Assembly (NCBI GenBank): GCA_964564925.1
Contig: CAZMBY010000002.1
Span: forward strand, 10,028-74,027
Length of the DNA: 64,000 bases
Origin: an uncultured Methanosarcinales archaeon
GTDB taxonomy: Archaea > Nanobdellota > Nanobdellia > Woesearchaeales > GW2011-AR4
Direction: 5' to 3'
A program made the translations under genes and the position numbers. Numbering within the stretch: position 1 is the stretch's first letter; each line of letters starts with the position of its first letter. The notes beneath the pieces are model-generated. The model had not been told where the DNA came from. It searched no databases and was given only the letters and a program-made list of their open reading frames with translations. This document shows, piece by piece, positions 55,801 through 64,000 of the stretch.

Positions 55801-56315
55801 TTGATTCTTAAAGAATTGTTGTTGAAGTTTTCATCAGTGATTCTAGTAACGTTTGTGCCTGTCTCATATCTAGAATAAGTGTTTGTAGGTATTTTGTATT
55901 CTCTATAAACCAACTCATTATCTACATTAGTAATTTCAATGGTATAATTGAATTTACCTGATTCTAGCAGTTCAGTTGGAAAATTAACTTCAACATTTCC
56001 GTCAGACGAGGTGATAAGCTTGTTTGTGGCATTTATGTGAAAATTATCCTTGTCTATTAGATTTAATATAAAGTTAAAAATTCCATCACCTGCTATAGAA
56101 GTGCTTAGGTTTATCACCATTGTATCGTTCAATCCATTTGAGTTTTTATCAAGCATAAAATCATTTCTGCTGACAATATTTATGGAGCCATTGGAGTAGG
56201 AGTAATTGAACGAATCTATAAGGTCATTAACCGTCATATTAGCAGCAGAGGCAAAAGATATAGATAAGACTAAAGTGAATAAGTACAAAATTTGCTTAAA
56301 TATTTTTGTTTTCAT
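52887..56315 (-). CDS. Giant Asn-rich secreted surface protein with CARDB-like repeats (S-layer/adhesin candidate)
   Basis: Signal peptide ...LVLSISFASA|AN. Almost Cys-free and dense in N-x-S/T sequons. CARDB-like segments NVSNKGQAPSFNVFLDIF, ILNDGDSAVTDIYWQLD, VKNMLSTNINGINWSLD. Confidence 0.8.
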   Translation of the reverse strand: MKTKIFKQILYLFTLVLSISFASAANMTVNDLIDSFNYSYSNGSINIVSRNDFMLDKNSNGLNDTMVINLSTSIAGDGIFNFILNLIDKDNFHINATNKLITSSDGNVEVNFPTELLESGKFNYTIEITNVDNELVYREYKIPTNTYSRYETGTNVTRITDENFNNNSLRINLTINSTQAITSNVTVTLAYNSSTISKTEEKVLNTDIQTISINFDNETIKSTHYTGNFTIDSVIIGNKIFDFNQNTSVYDYENFAKTSYIKSIKDEKIDTNTNNLSEFLEINFTINVTFTDTYNLTYDLYDEFDNFVVSVNKTQTLSIGNQIMQTLINGSEIYKTKVNGPYVISFVKLAIGNETKDIIFNAHTTNQSFYTDYERPPLPDLNISMQAIYDALTNVTNITVNVSNKGQAPSFNVFLDIFDNVTYSNNRSLSFLDVGEYIIYQFNVTNSSNNSLFTAIADFDNLVDESDETNNIVQNTQESVVSLAIENLSTFYSNGTYKIFEFIILNDGDSAVTDIYWQLDTGESVISSTQNISSLAVNEKAFVYAAYNYSAVGTYDLKVNATGISQSTIVTASYESSIINELSITSFANLNTDGTKVILEVRVKNMLSTNINGINWSLDDGNGQILNSNQKFNLAPNETIFIFIQHDYGGAGTFNPIVTVTNGTYTDSKSAAVEINGSSVNASIKQATDFNGVFVMQNGTKTFYQNWSSSGMSGITTLLGVNLTREGQSNRQFYGDYSQVSDVGIICHHTSIDHVVVLNTTNASILSNMTGASSTNTGGPRCRAMFYKNSTNAIYVYEKGFNSGFGLRLFNNLNKSFTGQVEIKYPYGSSVGQKFIAKQRPGGNETAVIFDRDSNPLNVGVVIINSTNSTLEGLKQFFNMSFVPPHSNLTGLGNERSRRAAFAWTADGKGGILTISNSTMTSGTNDRNATMLMYYYNYSLNSFNYTNGKLSSSIILENTSAAVDGELCTMKNRNSNVFGIWEMRNGSVYKVMAAVLNINGTAESGYPLPDTGAESGGSNSIEYVGCYDNIVQDTVVFWWLRSGQTRLYYGLYNKTTQAWSTNNLKTSAFSTPSFASNTLRQVKKTECPEPDCFGLVFSDSNGRVYGLAAWNGTNISTVYTQNVASAEINTQSIYFLFAPAKT

Positions 56316-56893
56316 GAGTTTTCCAAATTCTTGTCATTGCTGCATTTGTTGCAGTTGAAGAACAAATTGTCTATATCGCCATTGAAATCGACAGAAGCCG
56401 TCTTTTGCTCGCATGATTTGGATTGGTTGTTGCTGCAGAACACTTCTACTGCTTGTGAACTAGAACAGCCGACATTGCTGAATGTTATGTTTTTTGAGCC
56501 AGACATGTCAGTTGTTGAATTGAAAACAGAATTAACATAGATATAATAACCACTAAAACTTGTTGCCTTCTTGTCATCTATTGAAACAATGGCATTTCCT
56601 ACTACAAAAATGTAGTTGTAATCATCTTTGAACCCGCCAACCAAACCATTGTAAGGCATAACTCCTAATGGTGCACCATTGAAATTAACGTGGTCATCAA
56701 ACCACCATTGGAAGTTTTGTTTTGTAAAAGAATTTTTTGAATTTATAATTTGATTCTTTTTGGGCAGTCCTACCGCAATAGTAACTTTAGCCTCTGATTG
56801 TGGTTTTTTGTTTCGAATTTGATATTCTCCTAAATTATCCAACCAACTAAATGATTCAGTTCCAAGTTTATTTGAATTTGTTGTCGAAATCAT
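56312..56893 (-). CDS. Stand-alone copy of an internal module of the 1431-aa protease, plus a Cys-rich tail
   Basis: About 70 aa (PQSEAKVTIAVGLPKKNQIINSKNSF...GLVGGFKDDYNYIFVVGN) align with residues inside ORF 57233..61528. 4-nt overlap with the downstream gene start. Confidence 0.7.
   Translation of the reverse strand: MISTTNSNKLGTESFSWLDNLGEYQIRNKKPQSEAKVTIAVGLPKKNQIINSKNSFTKQNFQWWFDDHVNFNGAPLGVMPYNGLVGGFKDDYNYIFVVGNAIVSIDDKKATSFSGYYIYVNSVFNSTTDMSGSKNITFSNVGCSSSQAVEVFCSNNQSKSCEQKTASVDFNGDIDNLFFNCNKCSNDKNLENS
56722..56793. repeat. 72-bp perfect direct repeat, copy A (copy B at 58573..58644)
   Basis: ttgtaaaagaattttttgaatttataatttgattctttttgggcagtcctaccgcaatagtaactttagcct is identical at both sites (offset 1851 bp). 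It is embedded in ~215 bp of roughly 80% identity. Confidence 0.9.
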
Positions 56894-56901
56894 TTTTATT
56901 C

Positions 56902-57228
56902 CTAACCAAATAATGGTCCAATACTATAAAAGTAAATTCCAGCAACAAAATAAGCAATGGCAATTATATAATATACAATTATAATAATTAAAATAAGAAT
57001 TTTTGAAATTTTTTGATTTAAATTGTAGAAATAAGTATAAACAAGAGATATGATAACTCCTAAAGAGCCATATTTTATTAAACCTTTTATTATATATGAT
57101 AAGAACCTAAGATTATAATATTTTCCTAATATCATATCTTTTAAATCTATCATAAGTATTGGTATCACCGCTAAAATAGACCCAAAAATTATATTTCTGA
57201 ACCAAATTGATTTTTTATCTTTGTTCAT
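56902..57228 (-). CDS. Small three-TM membrane protein
   Basis: 108 aa, extremely Ile/Tyr-rich. Wedged between operon genes with 4- and 8-nt gaps. Confidence 0.55.
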   Translation of the reverse strand: MNKDKKSIWFRNIIFGSILAVIPILMIDLKDMILGKYYNLRFLSYIIKGLIKYGSLGVIISLVYTYFYNLNQKISKILILIIIIVYYIIAIAYFVAGIYFYSIGPLFG

Positions 57229-57232
57229 TTTA

Positions 57233-60200
57233 TTATCTTAGATTTGACATTATGTCTCCTTGAACTTGCCCGTTGTCAACCAAATCTACATGTCTTAGAT
57301 GGAAATGAGTAATATTCTTATCATTTGAGACTACATTACTAAAAATTGACTGTGCATCATTAGAAGTTACCACATAGTCATTATCATTATCAAAGCCGTA
57401 ACCGTTTGTGCCATAAATAATAAAAAACTTAGAGACATTTAATGAGCCTGGTTGTTTATCTTGAATACTTTGTGCAATATCTATGTAAAACCGTCCAAGA
57501 TTTGTAGAAATCGGCCCTTCACCACCCCTTTGCATGAATGTCCCCAACAAACCACATGAACTAAATCTACCTGACCTCTCTATTAATCTTGGAGAATATT
57601 CTCTTAGCGTTACATGATTTACTCCATCATTTTCAAAATTATCTAAGATTTGGATTCCATGCTCTATCCCACAATCAGCAAATAAACTTGTACCATTAAA
57701 TGCACCAGGGCATCCAAGTCCTATAAAAGTGTTTACTGCATTACTACCCAAATTAGACGAAATATAAGTTCCAGTTGTGCTGTCAAATACATATCCAGCA
57801 TTTGACTTACCACTACTCCAATTTTTAACGGCGTCTAAACCAACTCTACATCCGTTACTGAAGCCGACATAATCTAATGTTTTTTGCCCAGTGTAGTTTT
57901 GAACTCCTGTAATGAGGGCAGGCCAGTAATAATCTACCAAGTCGTTATAGTTATAATTAGGGCAAGTAGGACAATCTTGCCCAGCACCCCCAGTAATTTC
58001 TATTAGCCATGTGTTCCTTGCATTATCCTCGTCAAATGCTAATCTTCTGCCAAACCCGTCCCAACTTAAAAGATTGTTCCATAATCCCCTAGCCAAAACA
58101 ACAGGTCTGTTATTACCGACAACAGCATCCGTGAAGTTAGCTGAAAAATCAGTATTAATGTTTTTTAGTCTTAATGTTGTGTTGTCATTATAACTCTTAA
58201 CAGTTCTTATCGCAATCTCAAAGTTATTGTCATTCAATATTCTTTCAACAACATTAGCAAATGTAGCAGAACTTCTCTGATTATAATAAGGATAATTGCT
58301 AGGATTCCTCAACAAATCAGCCACAGAAATTCCTGCAATATCATTATTGTCTATTACCTTAACTCTATGCAAATCAAAGTTACTCAAGAATAAACTTCGA
58401 GCAGAGGCTAATCTCTTAACAGCAGCCAACAATCCGTCAATGTCATTACCTGCTACAAAAATATAATTGTAATCGTCTTTGAAACCGCCAACCAATCCAT
58501 TGAAAGGGTATATACCTAGTGGCACTCCATTGAACTTAACGCTGTCATCAAACCACCATTTATAATTTGTTCTTGTAAAAGAATTTTTTGAATTTATAAT
58601 TTGATTCTTTTTGGGCAGTCCTACCGCAATAGTAACTTTAGCCTGTGATTGGGGTTTTTCTATGATAAATAATTTTAAATAATCCTTAATCTCTTGGTCA
58701 ACCAAAGGATAGCCAGTTGTAATGTTTAGGTAAGCTGTTATCTCTGGCTGGAATAAAGGAACAAGAGCGTAGTTGTTTTTCTCATTAGATTCAGAAACTG
58801 TTTGCTTGGCATCAACATAAACATGAACAAACTCGTCGTTTCCATTTAAAGTGACAGATTGTGTTATTGACTTAAAGCTTTCACCAGAGTTTATATTGAA
58901 GGATTGGTTGGCTTCCCTAATTATTAATCCACTATCATCTTGTACTTTAAAGATTATATTAACATTTGAAGCTGAAAAACTGCTTGCTAAGCTTATGTTT
59001 ACTGTAATTAAATCATCCTCTTTATTTGTCTTTACATCATTAACTGCAATCTGCATATCTGGTGTTCCAGAGCAGATAGAACAATCAAACAGCAACCCTT
59101 CGTAATCATTTACAACATCAAGCTTTGCTGTCTGTGTTCCGCATAATGTGGCAGAAGAGCTATTGGTGCAGTAAACTTTGAATTCCATGTCCTCGAAGCA
59201 GGTTTTGCTCAAGCTGTATTCAGCAACTCCAACCGAATTTGTTGTTTTATTAGAAACTGAATCTCTGCTAACCAATAAGCCTTGCATTGGATTGCCATTC
59301 CTGTCTTCTATTATGGCTTGGATCGTGCCTGTGCATGTGTTTTGAGCAATGCAGGGATTTATGTTTGTACTGGGATTTGTGTAATTGATGCTATCAGTAC
59401 AATTTCCTGTTCCGCAATTCTGCTGATTTCCTATTTGTACCCAATTTCCATTGCCATAGTAACCTTCAATTAAGTAATCAGAAGAGTTGATGCATCTTGC
59501 TCTTTTTCTGTCAACAACATAATATGTTGGTGTATTTGTTGTTCCGCTATTTTGCCCTGAGCCGCCGCCACACTGCCAGAAGAACTCACCAACCATCTGG
59601 CTAGAATTGACTAATTCAGTGTTAATAACAGAATGATCTTGACCTACTTGGTTGGTTGAGTCACAAATGCCCAAATCGCAATCAATCCTAGCGCTGAAAT
59701 CGCTTTCACAGTCATTCCTCTCTTGCGTGTTTATTGCATAGCAGAAATCATAAGAAAAAGTGAATACATTTCCAAAGTCAAAGCATTCTACATCAACTTG
59801 TGCCGGGCCGTCAGTCCTTCTGACAGCCAGATTGCCGTTAATCCATGCAATCCCATCTGTGCTTGTTCCTCCATCATAAGAAAGATTATCAGAATAGCCT
59901 ATTGTGTTTGAAAGTATAAAAATACTTCCATTTTCATTTATTGAATAAATTCGACCTTTGCTTATATTATTATTATACGTTATGTTGATAAAGTAATAGC
60001 CAGGATTAAATTCTAATTTATCTATTGATCCGTAACCTTCTGTCCAGAAAATTGACTCAAAATTATAAGTTGTAAGGTTTATCTTGCTAATGTTAAAAAC
60101 TTCATAAAAATAGCTTTCATTAATAAAAATAAAATTATTTGCTTGAAGATTTATTTGTACTAATCCATACCCCAACAAATCATCTTTTCCAGCTGTGCCT

Positions 60201-61528
60201 AAATCCAGAGCATCATTTCTTAACTTAGCTCTTATCTGCTCATTTGTTAAGGATTGATTAAATGACTTAATCAAAGCAGCAACTCCAGCAACATGAGGAG
60301 CAGCTAGGGAAGTACCAGAAGAAACTGAATAACTGTTGCCTAAAGAAGTTGAGTTAATATCAACTCCAGGAGCAACCAATTCCTGCTCAAAGCCATAAGA
60401 GGAAAAGTAAGCCAGATTATCATTTTCACTTGTTGCGCCAACGGCAATTACAGTATCATATTTTGCAGGATACAAAATATTATCTTGCCAATTATTGCCG
60501 GAAGCAGCAATCAATAAGATATTATGGTTATAAGCATACTGTAGAACATCTTTAAAGATTTGAGAATAAGTTTCCATGCCAAAGCTCATGGTTACAATGC
60601 TCATGTTGTTATCAATAGCCCATTCAATGCCGGCGATTGCATTGCTTAGCTCTCCTGTTGAGCTTTGCATTATTTTGACAGAATACAAGCTGACATCAGG
60701 AGATACTCCAACTAACCCTTTGTTATTGAGCAAAGCTGCTATAACCCCAGCAACTGATGTACCATGTCCATTGTTGTCGAAGTAGTTATTATCAACAAAA
60801 GAAACTCCTCCCGCAATGGCCAAATCATCATGTGGTCCAATTCCAGTGTCTAAAACAGCTACTTTAACTCCAAAACCTTTGCTTAAATTCCAAACAGAAT
60901 CTGCTTTTGTTTTTTGTATATTAAATGGAATATTTTCATCTAAAATCTCGACTTGCTGCTCTAATTCCAAGAATTCAATTTCATCATCTTCAATCAATTC
61001 TTCTATGTCTTCTACTTTGCCTTTGACTTTTGCTATTTTGAATTTGTCAATCTTATTTTCTAAAGTAGTGTTAGCTAGTTTATCTTCATCTATAGAATTC
61101 CTGAATTTAACAATAAAATCTTTAAATTCTTTTTTATCTTTTCTACTCTTAAAATATTCTTTAGTTTCATCATTCAACTTATGCTTATTCTTCTCAATTA
61201 TTTCGGTAATATTTTTTTCTTCTTTTTTAGGCAAAGTTTCGTTTATTGTCGAATTGGCTAGCGATTGATTCTCTATTGTGATGCTGTCTATTGTAATTGT
61301 TATATTAAGCGTTTGATTAGCTATTTCATCTATTAAAGTTCCATTTCCTAGTGGTTCATTCAAATTTATTGAATCATTGGCTAATGGAGTAATCCAAGTT
61401 TCATTTAACAGCTCAGGATTGGTATCATTCGTAGAATTCAAAACAGCAGCACTAACAATCAATATAGAGCCGAATATCACAGCAAGTAGTGAAATTAAGC
61501 TGAACTCCCCTTTTTCGTTTTTTAGCAA
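57233..61528 (-). CDS. Giant S8 subtilisin-like protease with C-terminal alpha/beta-hydrolase (lipase/esterase-like) region
   Basis: N-terminal anchor. Triad VAVLDTGIG (Asp), NGHGTSVAG (His), SGTSLAAPHVAGVAAL (Ser). The C-terminal ~330 aa carries RPVVLARGLW, a nucleophile-elbow-like LDYVGFSNGCRVGLD (G-x-S-x-G), and later DNDYVVTSND and HFHLRHVDLV. Confidence 0.8.
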   Translation of the reverse strand: MLKNEKGEFSLISLLAVIFGSILIVSAAVLNSTNDTNPELLNETWITPLANDSINLNEPLGNGTLIDEIANQTLNITITIDSITIENQSLANSTINETLPKKEEKNITEIIEKNKHKLNDETKEYFKSRKDKKEFKDFIVKFRNSIDEDKLANTTLENKIDKFKIAKVKGKVEDIEELIEDDEIEFLELEQQVEILDENIPFNIQKTKADSVWNLSKGFGVKVAVLDTGIGPHDDLAIAGGVSFVDNNYFDNNGHGTSVAGVIAALLNNKGLVGVSPDVSLYSVKIMQSSTGELSNAIAGIEWAIDNNMSIVTMSFGMETYSQIFKDVLQYAYNHNILLIAASGNNWQDNILYPAKYDTVIAVGATSENDNLAYFSSYGFEQELVAPGVDINSTSLGNSYSVSSGTSLAAPHVAGVAALIKSFNQSLTNEQIRAKLRNDALDLGTAGKDDLLGYGLVQINLQANNFIFINESYFYEVFNISKINLTTYNFESIFWTEGYGSIDKLEFNPGYYFINITYNNNISKGRIYSINENGSIFILSNTIGYSDNLSYDGGTSTDGIAWINGNLAVRRTDGPAQVDVECFDFGNVFTFSYDFCYAINTQERNDCESDFSARIDCDLGICDSTNQVGQDHSVINTELVNSSQMVGEFFWQCGGGSGQNSGTTNTPTYYVVDRKRARCINSSDYLIEGYYGNGNWVQIGNQQNCGTGNCTDSINYTNPSTNINPCIAQNTCTGTIQAIIEDRNGNPMQGLLVSRDSVSNKTTNSVGVAEYSLSKTCFEDMEFKVYCTNSSSATLCGTQTAKLDVVNDYEGLLFDCSICSGTPDMQIAVNDVKTNKEDDLITVNISLASSFSASNVNIIFKVQDDSGLIIREANQSFNINSGESFKSITQSVTLNGNDEFVHVYVDAKQTVSESNEKNNYALVPLFQPEITAYLNITTGYPLVDQEIKDYLKLFIIEKPQSQAKVTIAVGLPKKNQIINSKNSFTRTNYKWWFDDSVKFNGVPLGIYPFNGLVGGFKDDYNYIFVAGNDIDGLLAAVKRLASARSLFLSNFDLHRVKVIDNNDIAGISVADLLRNPSNYPYYNQRSSATFANVVERILNDNNFEIAIRTVKSYNDNTTLRLKNINTDFSANFTDAVVGNNRPVVLARGLWNNLLSWDGFGRRLAFDEDNARNTWLIEITGGAGQDCPTCPNYNYNDLVDYYWPALITGVQNYTGQKTLDYVGFSNGCRVGLDAVKNWSSGKSNAGYVFDSTTGTYISSNLGSNAVNTFIGLGCPGAFNGTSLFADCGIEHGIQILDNFENDGVNHVTLREYSPRLIERSGRFSSCGLLGTFMQRGGEGPISTNLGRFYIDIAQSIQDKQPGSLNVSKFFIIYGTNGYGFDNDNDYVVTSNDAQSIFSNVVSNDKNITHFHLRHVDLVDNGQVQGDIMSNLR
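58573..58644. repeat. 72-bp perfect direct repeat, copy B
   Basis: See copy A at 56722..56793. Confidence 0.9.
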
Positions 61529-61532
61529 AATT

Positions 61533-62894
61533 TTACACCTTAGTAGTATTAATCAGCAATTCAACTTGGTTTATTATTTGTGATGAAGTCTTATTGGCTA
61601 GCTCTAATGTATACAAAACAGGAGTCAAGTTAAACATATTCACATGCGAATCAGAAACACCAATTCTATTGAAAGCCCATGTTTTAGTTCCTTTCTTTAC
61701 AGCCCTGTCAAAAGTTCCTCCTACTTGCCCATTCAATAGATTCCTAGAATATATCTGCTGGTTGGTATAGTTTGTATAATCGCTTAGCAAAGCGTTTTGA
61801 ATGCCAATGCCAATAAAAGTTCTGCCTGCATCTTCCAATCCAGTTATTGAAAGAGCCAAGGCTCCGCTTGTGCTTGTCCTGTTTTGGTTTCCGCTTGTGT
61901 CTTTGCAACTAATGTAAAGGTAAGAAGTTTCATACACAAGCTCGTCTTGCGAAGTCAAAGTGCAAAGATGGCTTGTGCTGCCTTCTCCAGAAGCAGCTCC
62001 AGTGCAATTCCTAGAACTTCCCATGTCGCTATAATTCATTCCTGAAGTTGAAGAAAAATTGCCGCTTATTGCACAATATGCAGCCTTATCAGTGTTAAAC
62101 TGCACTGTTGGGGTGACAAAAGAAGTGCTGCAAGCTGTGTTTTTGTCAGTGTTCCAGGACACACATCCCCCATTGCCTGTTACGTTGTAATAAGTTATTT
62201 CTGGCGGTGTTGTGTCTGGAACAAACACAGAAGGTGTAACATTCCAGCATTCAAATCTTGTTAGATTTATATAGTCAAATGTCGGGGAATCAAGAGGCTC
62301 TCCGAATACCCAATGCTTATAATAATTAATCTTGTTGTTAGGCAAAACAAGAGAGAAATTTTGATGATATGTTGGAAGCACATTATTCCAGCTGAGATTA
62401 GTTCCATTCCAAGTGACATTATAGAGATAATGTTTATTATCATTTCCAACAATTAAGGGTGATTCTACTGTATTCATAAGCACGCAAGGCCTTCCTGTGG
62501 TGGGTGTGCATGAATTACCCATAGCGAATACTGCATCAGTCCAGAAAGAACCCCAATCTGCTGAAAGAGTTCCCTCACTTCCATTCATCATGCTCATTCC
62601 CCTGCCCGAACCTCCAGTCGCGCTTATTGACATATTCACTTTGCAATACCATGTGGAGTTTGCAGTATCTGGAAACTTGAAATGGCTTACATTAGAAACA
62701 TACCTAGCACCGTTCTGAAATCTAAAACCACAAGTATTATCATCATTGTAAATTATGAAGTCCGAGCCCGTAGTTTTATTAAAATAGCTTCGGTTAGATG
62801 CAGAGCAAAAGGATACACTGCCTATTAAAGTGTCTGCAAAAGCAATCGGAATTAAAAGTATTGCAATAATCAAAATAACATTAAACCCTTTCAT
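61533..62894 (-). CDS. Secreted Cys-containing, sequon-rich hypothetical protein
   Basis: Signal peptide MKGFNVILIIAILLIPIAFA|D. Starts 4 nt upstream of the protease gene. Confidence 0.7.
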   Translation of the reverse strand: MKGFNVILIIAILLIPIAFADTLIGSVSFCSASNRSYFNKTTGSDFIIYNDDNTCGFRFQNGARYVSNVSHFKFPDTANSTWYCKVNMSISATGGSGRGMSMMNGSEGTLSADWGSFWTDAVFAMGNSCTPTTGRPCVLMNTVESPLIVGNDNKHYLYNVTWNGTNLSWNNVLPTYHQNFSLVLPNNKINYYKHWVFGEPLDSPTFDYINLTRFECWNVTPSVFVPDTTPPEITYYNVTGNGGCVSWNTDKNTACSTSFVTPTVQFNTDKAAYCAISGNFSSTSGMNYSDMGSSRNCTGAASGEGSTSHLCTLTSQDELVYETSYLYISCKDTSGNQNRTSTSGALALSITGLEDAGRTFIGIGIQNALLSDYTNYTNQQIYSRNLLNGQVGGTFDRAVKKGTKTWAFNRIGVSDSHVNMFNLTPVLYTLELANKTSSQIINQVELLINTTKV

Positions 62895-63502
62895 TTTCCT
62901 ACCTCCTTGACATCCAATCTACTTAGGTGGAATGTTGGGTCTTCAGCAACAAACCTATCACCAGAGCCTTTGTACAAGACTTTAACTCCATCCTGGCAGA
63001 ACAGGAATTTCTGGCAAGATTTTCCTCCATCACAGCCATTAAAGATCCCATTCCGTGCACTTCCTCCTTCCAAAGTGCCGCAGGTAATAGCTAAACAATT
63101 GTCCTCTGTCTCTTGGACACAAACACCCCAACTCGAGAAATCAATCTCTTTTTTGTCAACATTAAATCCTTTGTTGACTGAAACAACAAGCTTATTCAGA
63201 GGCTTGCATTCTGTATTATTCCTTTGAATTACAATTTCTCCTGTCTGGCATCTAAATTCTCTTTGTTTTTGTTGTTTGGAGCAATCAGTATTTGCTCCAG
63301 AAGTGTTCAAGCAAAGAGTATAATTATAGTAATCAATGCAGTCTGAGATTATTGGCTGTGTTTCATCATAGGTTATAGTGTTGCAATCCTTAAGCTCTTC
63401 AACGCTTATTCCATTGGCTGCTTGGGGAATCTGGCTTGCTGCAAAAATAGCAAGCAATGCAAATAAGCTTATGGCTATGACTAAATACTTGTTTATTCTC
63501 AC
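62891..63502 (-). CDS. Secreted Cys-rich hypothetical protein (first gene of the surface operon)
   Basis: GTG 63502 lies 6 nt after a gaggtg SD and gives MRINKYLVIAISLFALLAIFAAS. 14 Cys in the mature part. ATGA-type overlap with the next gene. Confidence 0.65.
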   Translation of the reverse strand: MRINKYLVIAISLFALLAIFAASQIPQAANGISVEELKDCNTITYDETQPIISDCIDYYNYTLCLNTSGANTDCSKQQKQREFRCQTGEIVIQRNNTECKPLNKLVVSVNKGFNVDKKEIDFSSWGVCVQETEDNCLAITCGTLEGGSARNGIFNGCDGGKSCQKFLFCQDGVKVLYKGSGDRFVAEDPTFHLSRLDVKEVGK

Positions 63503-63702
63503 GGATAACACCTCTGTTTAGTTTGAAAATTTATAGACGATTGTAAACATTTATTATCAAAGAGTCTAGAAAAAAGGTTGCTGTGAATAAGCTTCACCGC
63601 TTTTTTAATGATATCCACCCCAATTTTCTATATTGAATACTACCTATTTAAAATTTTCGGTTTTTGGGCTCTGTAAACTTGAATAGAAATAGCTATTCCA
63701 AT

Positions 63703-64000
63703 TCACTTCAGGAGAACTGCATTCACAATCCCATCCTGTCCGGGCCTTGAGGTTATTCTTGCCTTGCCAAATTCTGTGTCAATCACAGAACCTTTGGTCA
63801 TTATGTTTCTCCTGATGAAATGGCTGTTGGCTGGATTTTCTGTTATTGTCTTGATTTTTGCCTGCTTAAACGACTTAGTTTTCGGGTCGAACAGGTTGGC
63901 TGTATCAGCGCCAAGCATCCTGAGCTTTCTGTTGCTGCCCATAGTCCTGATCACTCTTATCCTTTTCTTCCCAAGCCTTGTGAACGACGGCTCCCTGCCC
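63703..64000 (-). CDS. rps8e: 30S ribosomal protein S8e (C-terminal part; gene runs off the right edge)
   Basis: C-terminus GKARITSRPGQDGIVNAVLLK is the characteristic S8e ending. The frame stays open to position 64000. Confidence 0.85.
   Translation of the reverse strand, partial: GREPSFTRLGKKRIRVIRTMGSNRKLRMLGADTANLFDPKTKSFKQAKIKTITENPANSHFIRRNIMTKGSVIDTEFGKARITSRPGQDGIVNAVLLK

Noticed and set aside
56590-58660. Possibility that the duplicated module is a diversity-generating retroelement template/variable repeat pair.
   Set aside because: Differences between the copies involve all base types rather than adenine-specific substitutions. No reverse transcriptase (YxDD) ORF exists in the window.
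1-64000. Chimeric or bacterial contamination as the explanation for lspA and the lnt-like gene.
   Set aside because: Both genes are flanked on the same contig by archaeal markers (aIF-1A 700 bp from lspA; archaeal BRE/TATA with leaderless spacing in front of lspA). Their AT-rich composition matches the neighbours. This still deserves a coverage check.

Overview
AT-rich archaeal window. Archaeal markers are aIF-1A (35071..35415), ribosomal protein S8e (63703..>64000), BRE/TATA promoters placed ~30 nt before leaderless ATGs, and at least 14 class III (type IV pilin-like) signal peptides. The surface-protein-heavy, biosynthesis-poor content suggests an uncultivated DPANN-like episymbiont, but that is inference only. 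No rRNA, tRNA, CRISPR array, transposase, integrase or reverse transcriptase was found by eye.

Main content:
(1) A five-gene minus-strand envelope operon (261..6959) with an Lnt-like CN-hydrolase, a GT-C-like membrane protein and a Memo-like fusion protein.
(2) A secreted protein carrying 20 tandem 21-bp DPCCGxx heptads (9204..9623).
(3) A wHTH-MNT/HEPN pair nested between paralogous pilin-like genes (10948..12841).
(4) Two paralogous Tad/FlaI-type type IV pilus loci. Locus 1 (14071..26392) ends in a tail-fibre-like protein with an S74 intramolecular-chaperone domain. Locus 2 (40396..51624) contains a 1198-aa VWA protein.
(5) An APC permease fused to a methyltransferase, and a Dph2-like protein that lacks domain 1.
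(6) A bacterial-type LspA, plus two lipobox proteins.
(7) Two giant S8 subtilases. The second sits in a six-gene surface-protein operon (52887..63502) and carries a lipase-like C-terminus.

All family calls come from motifs read by eye. No database search was run.
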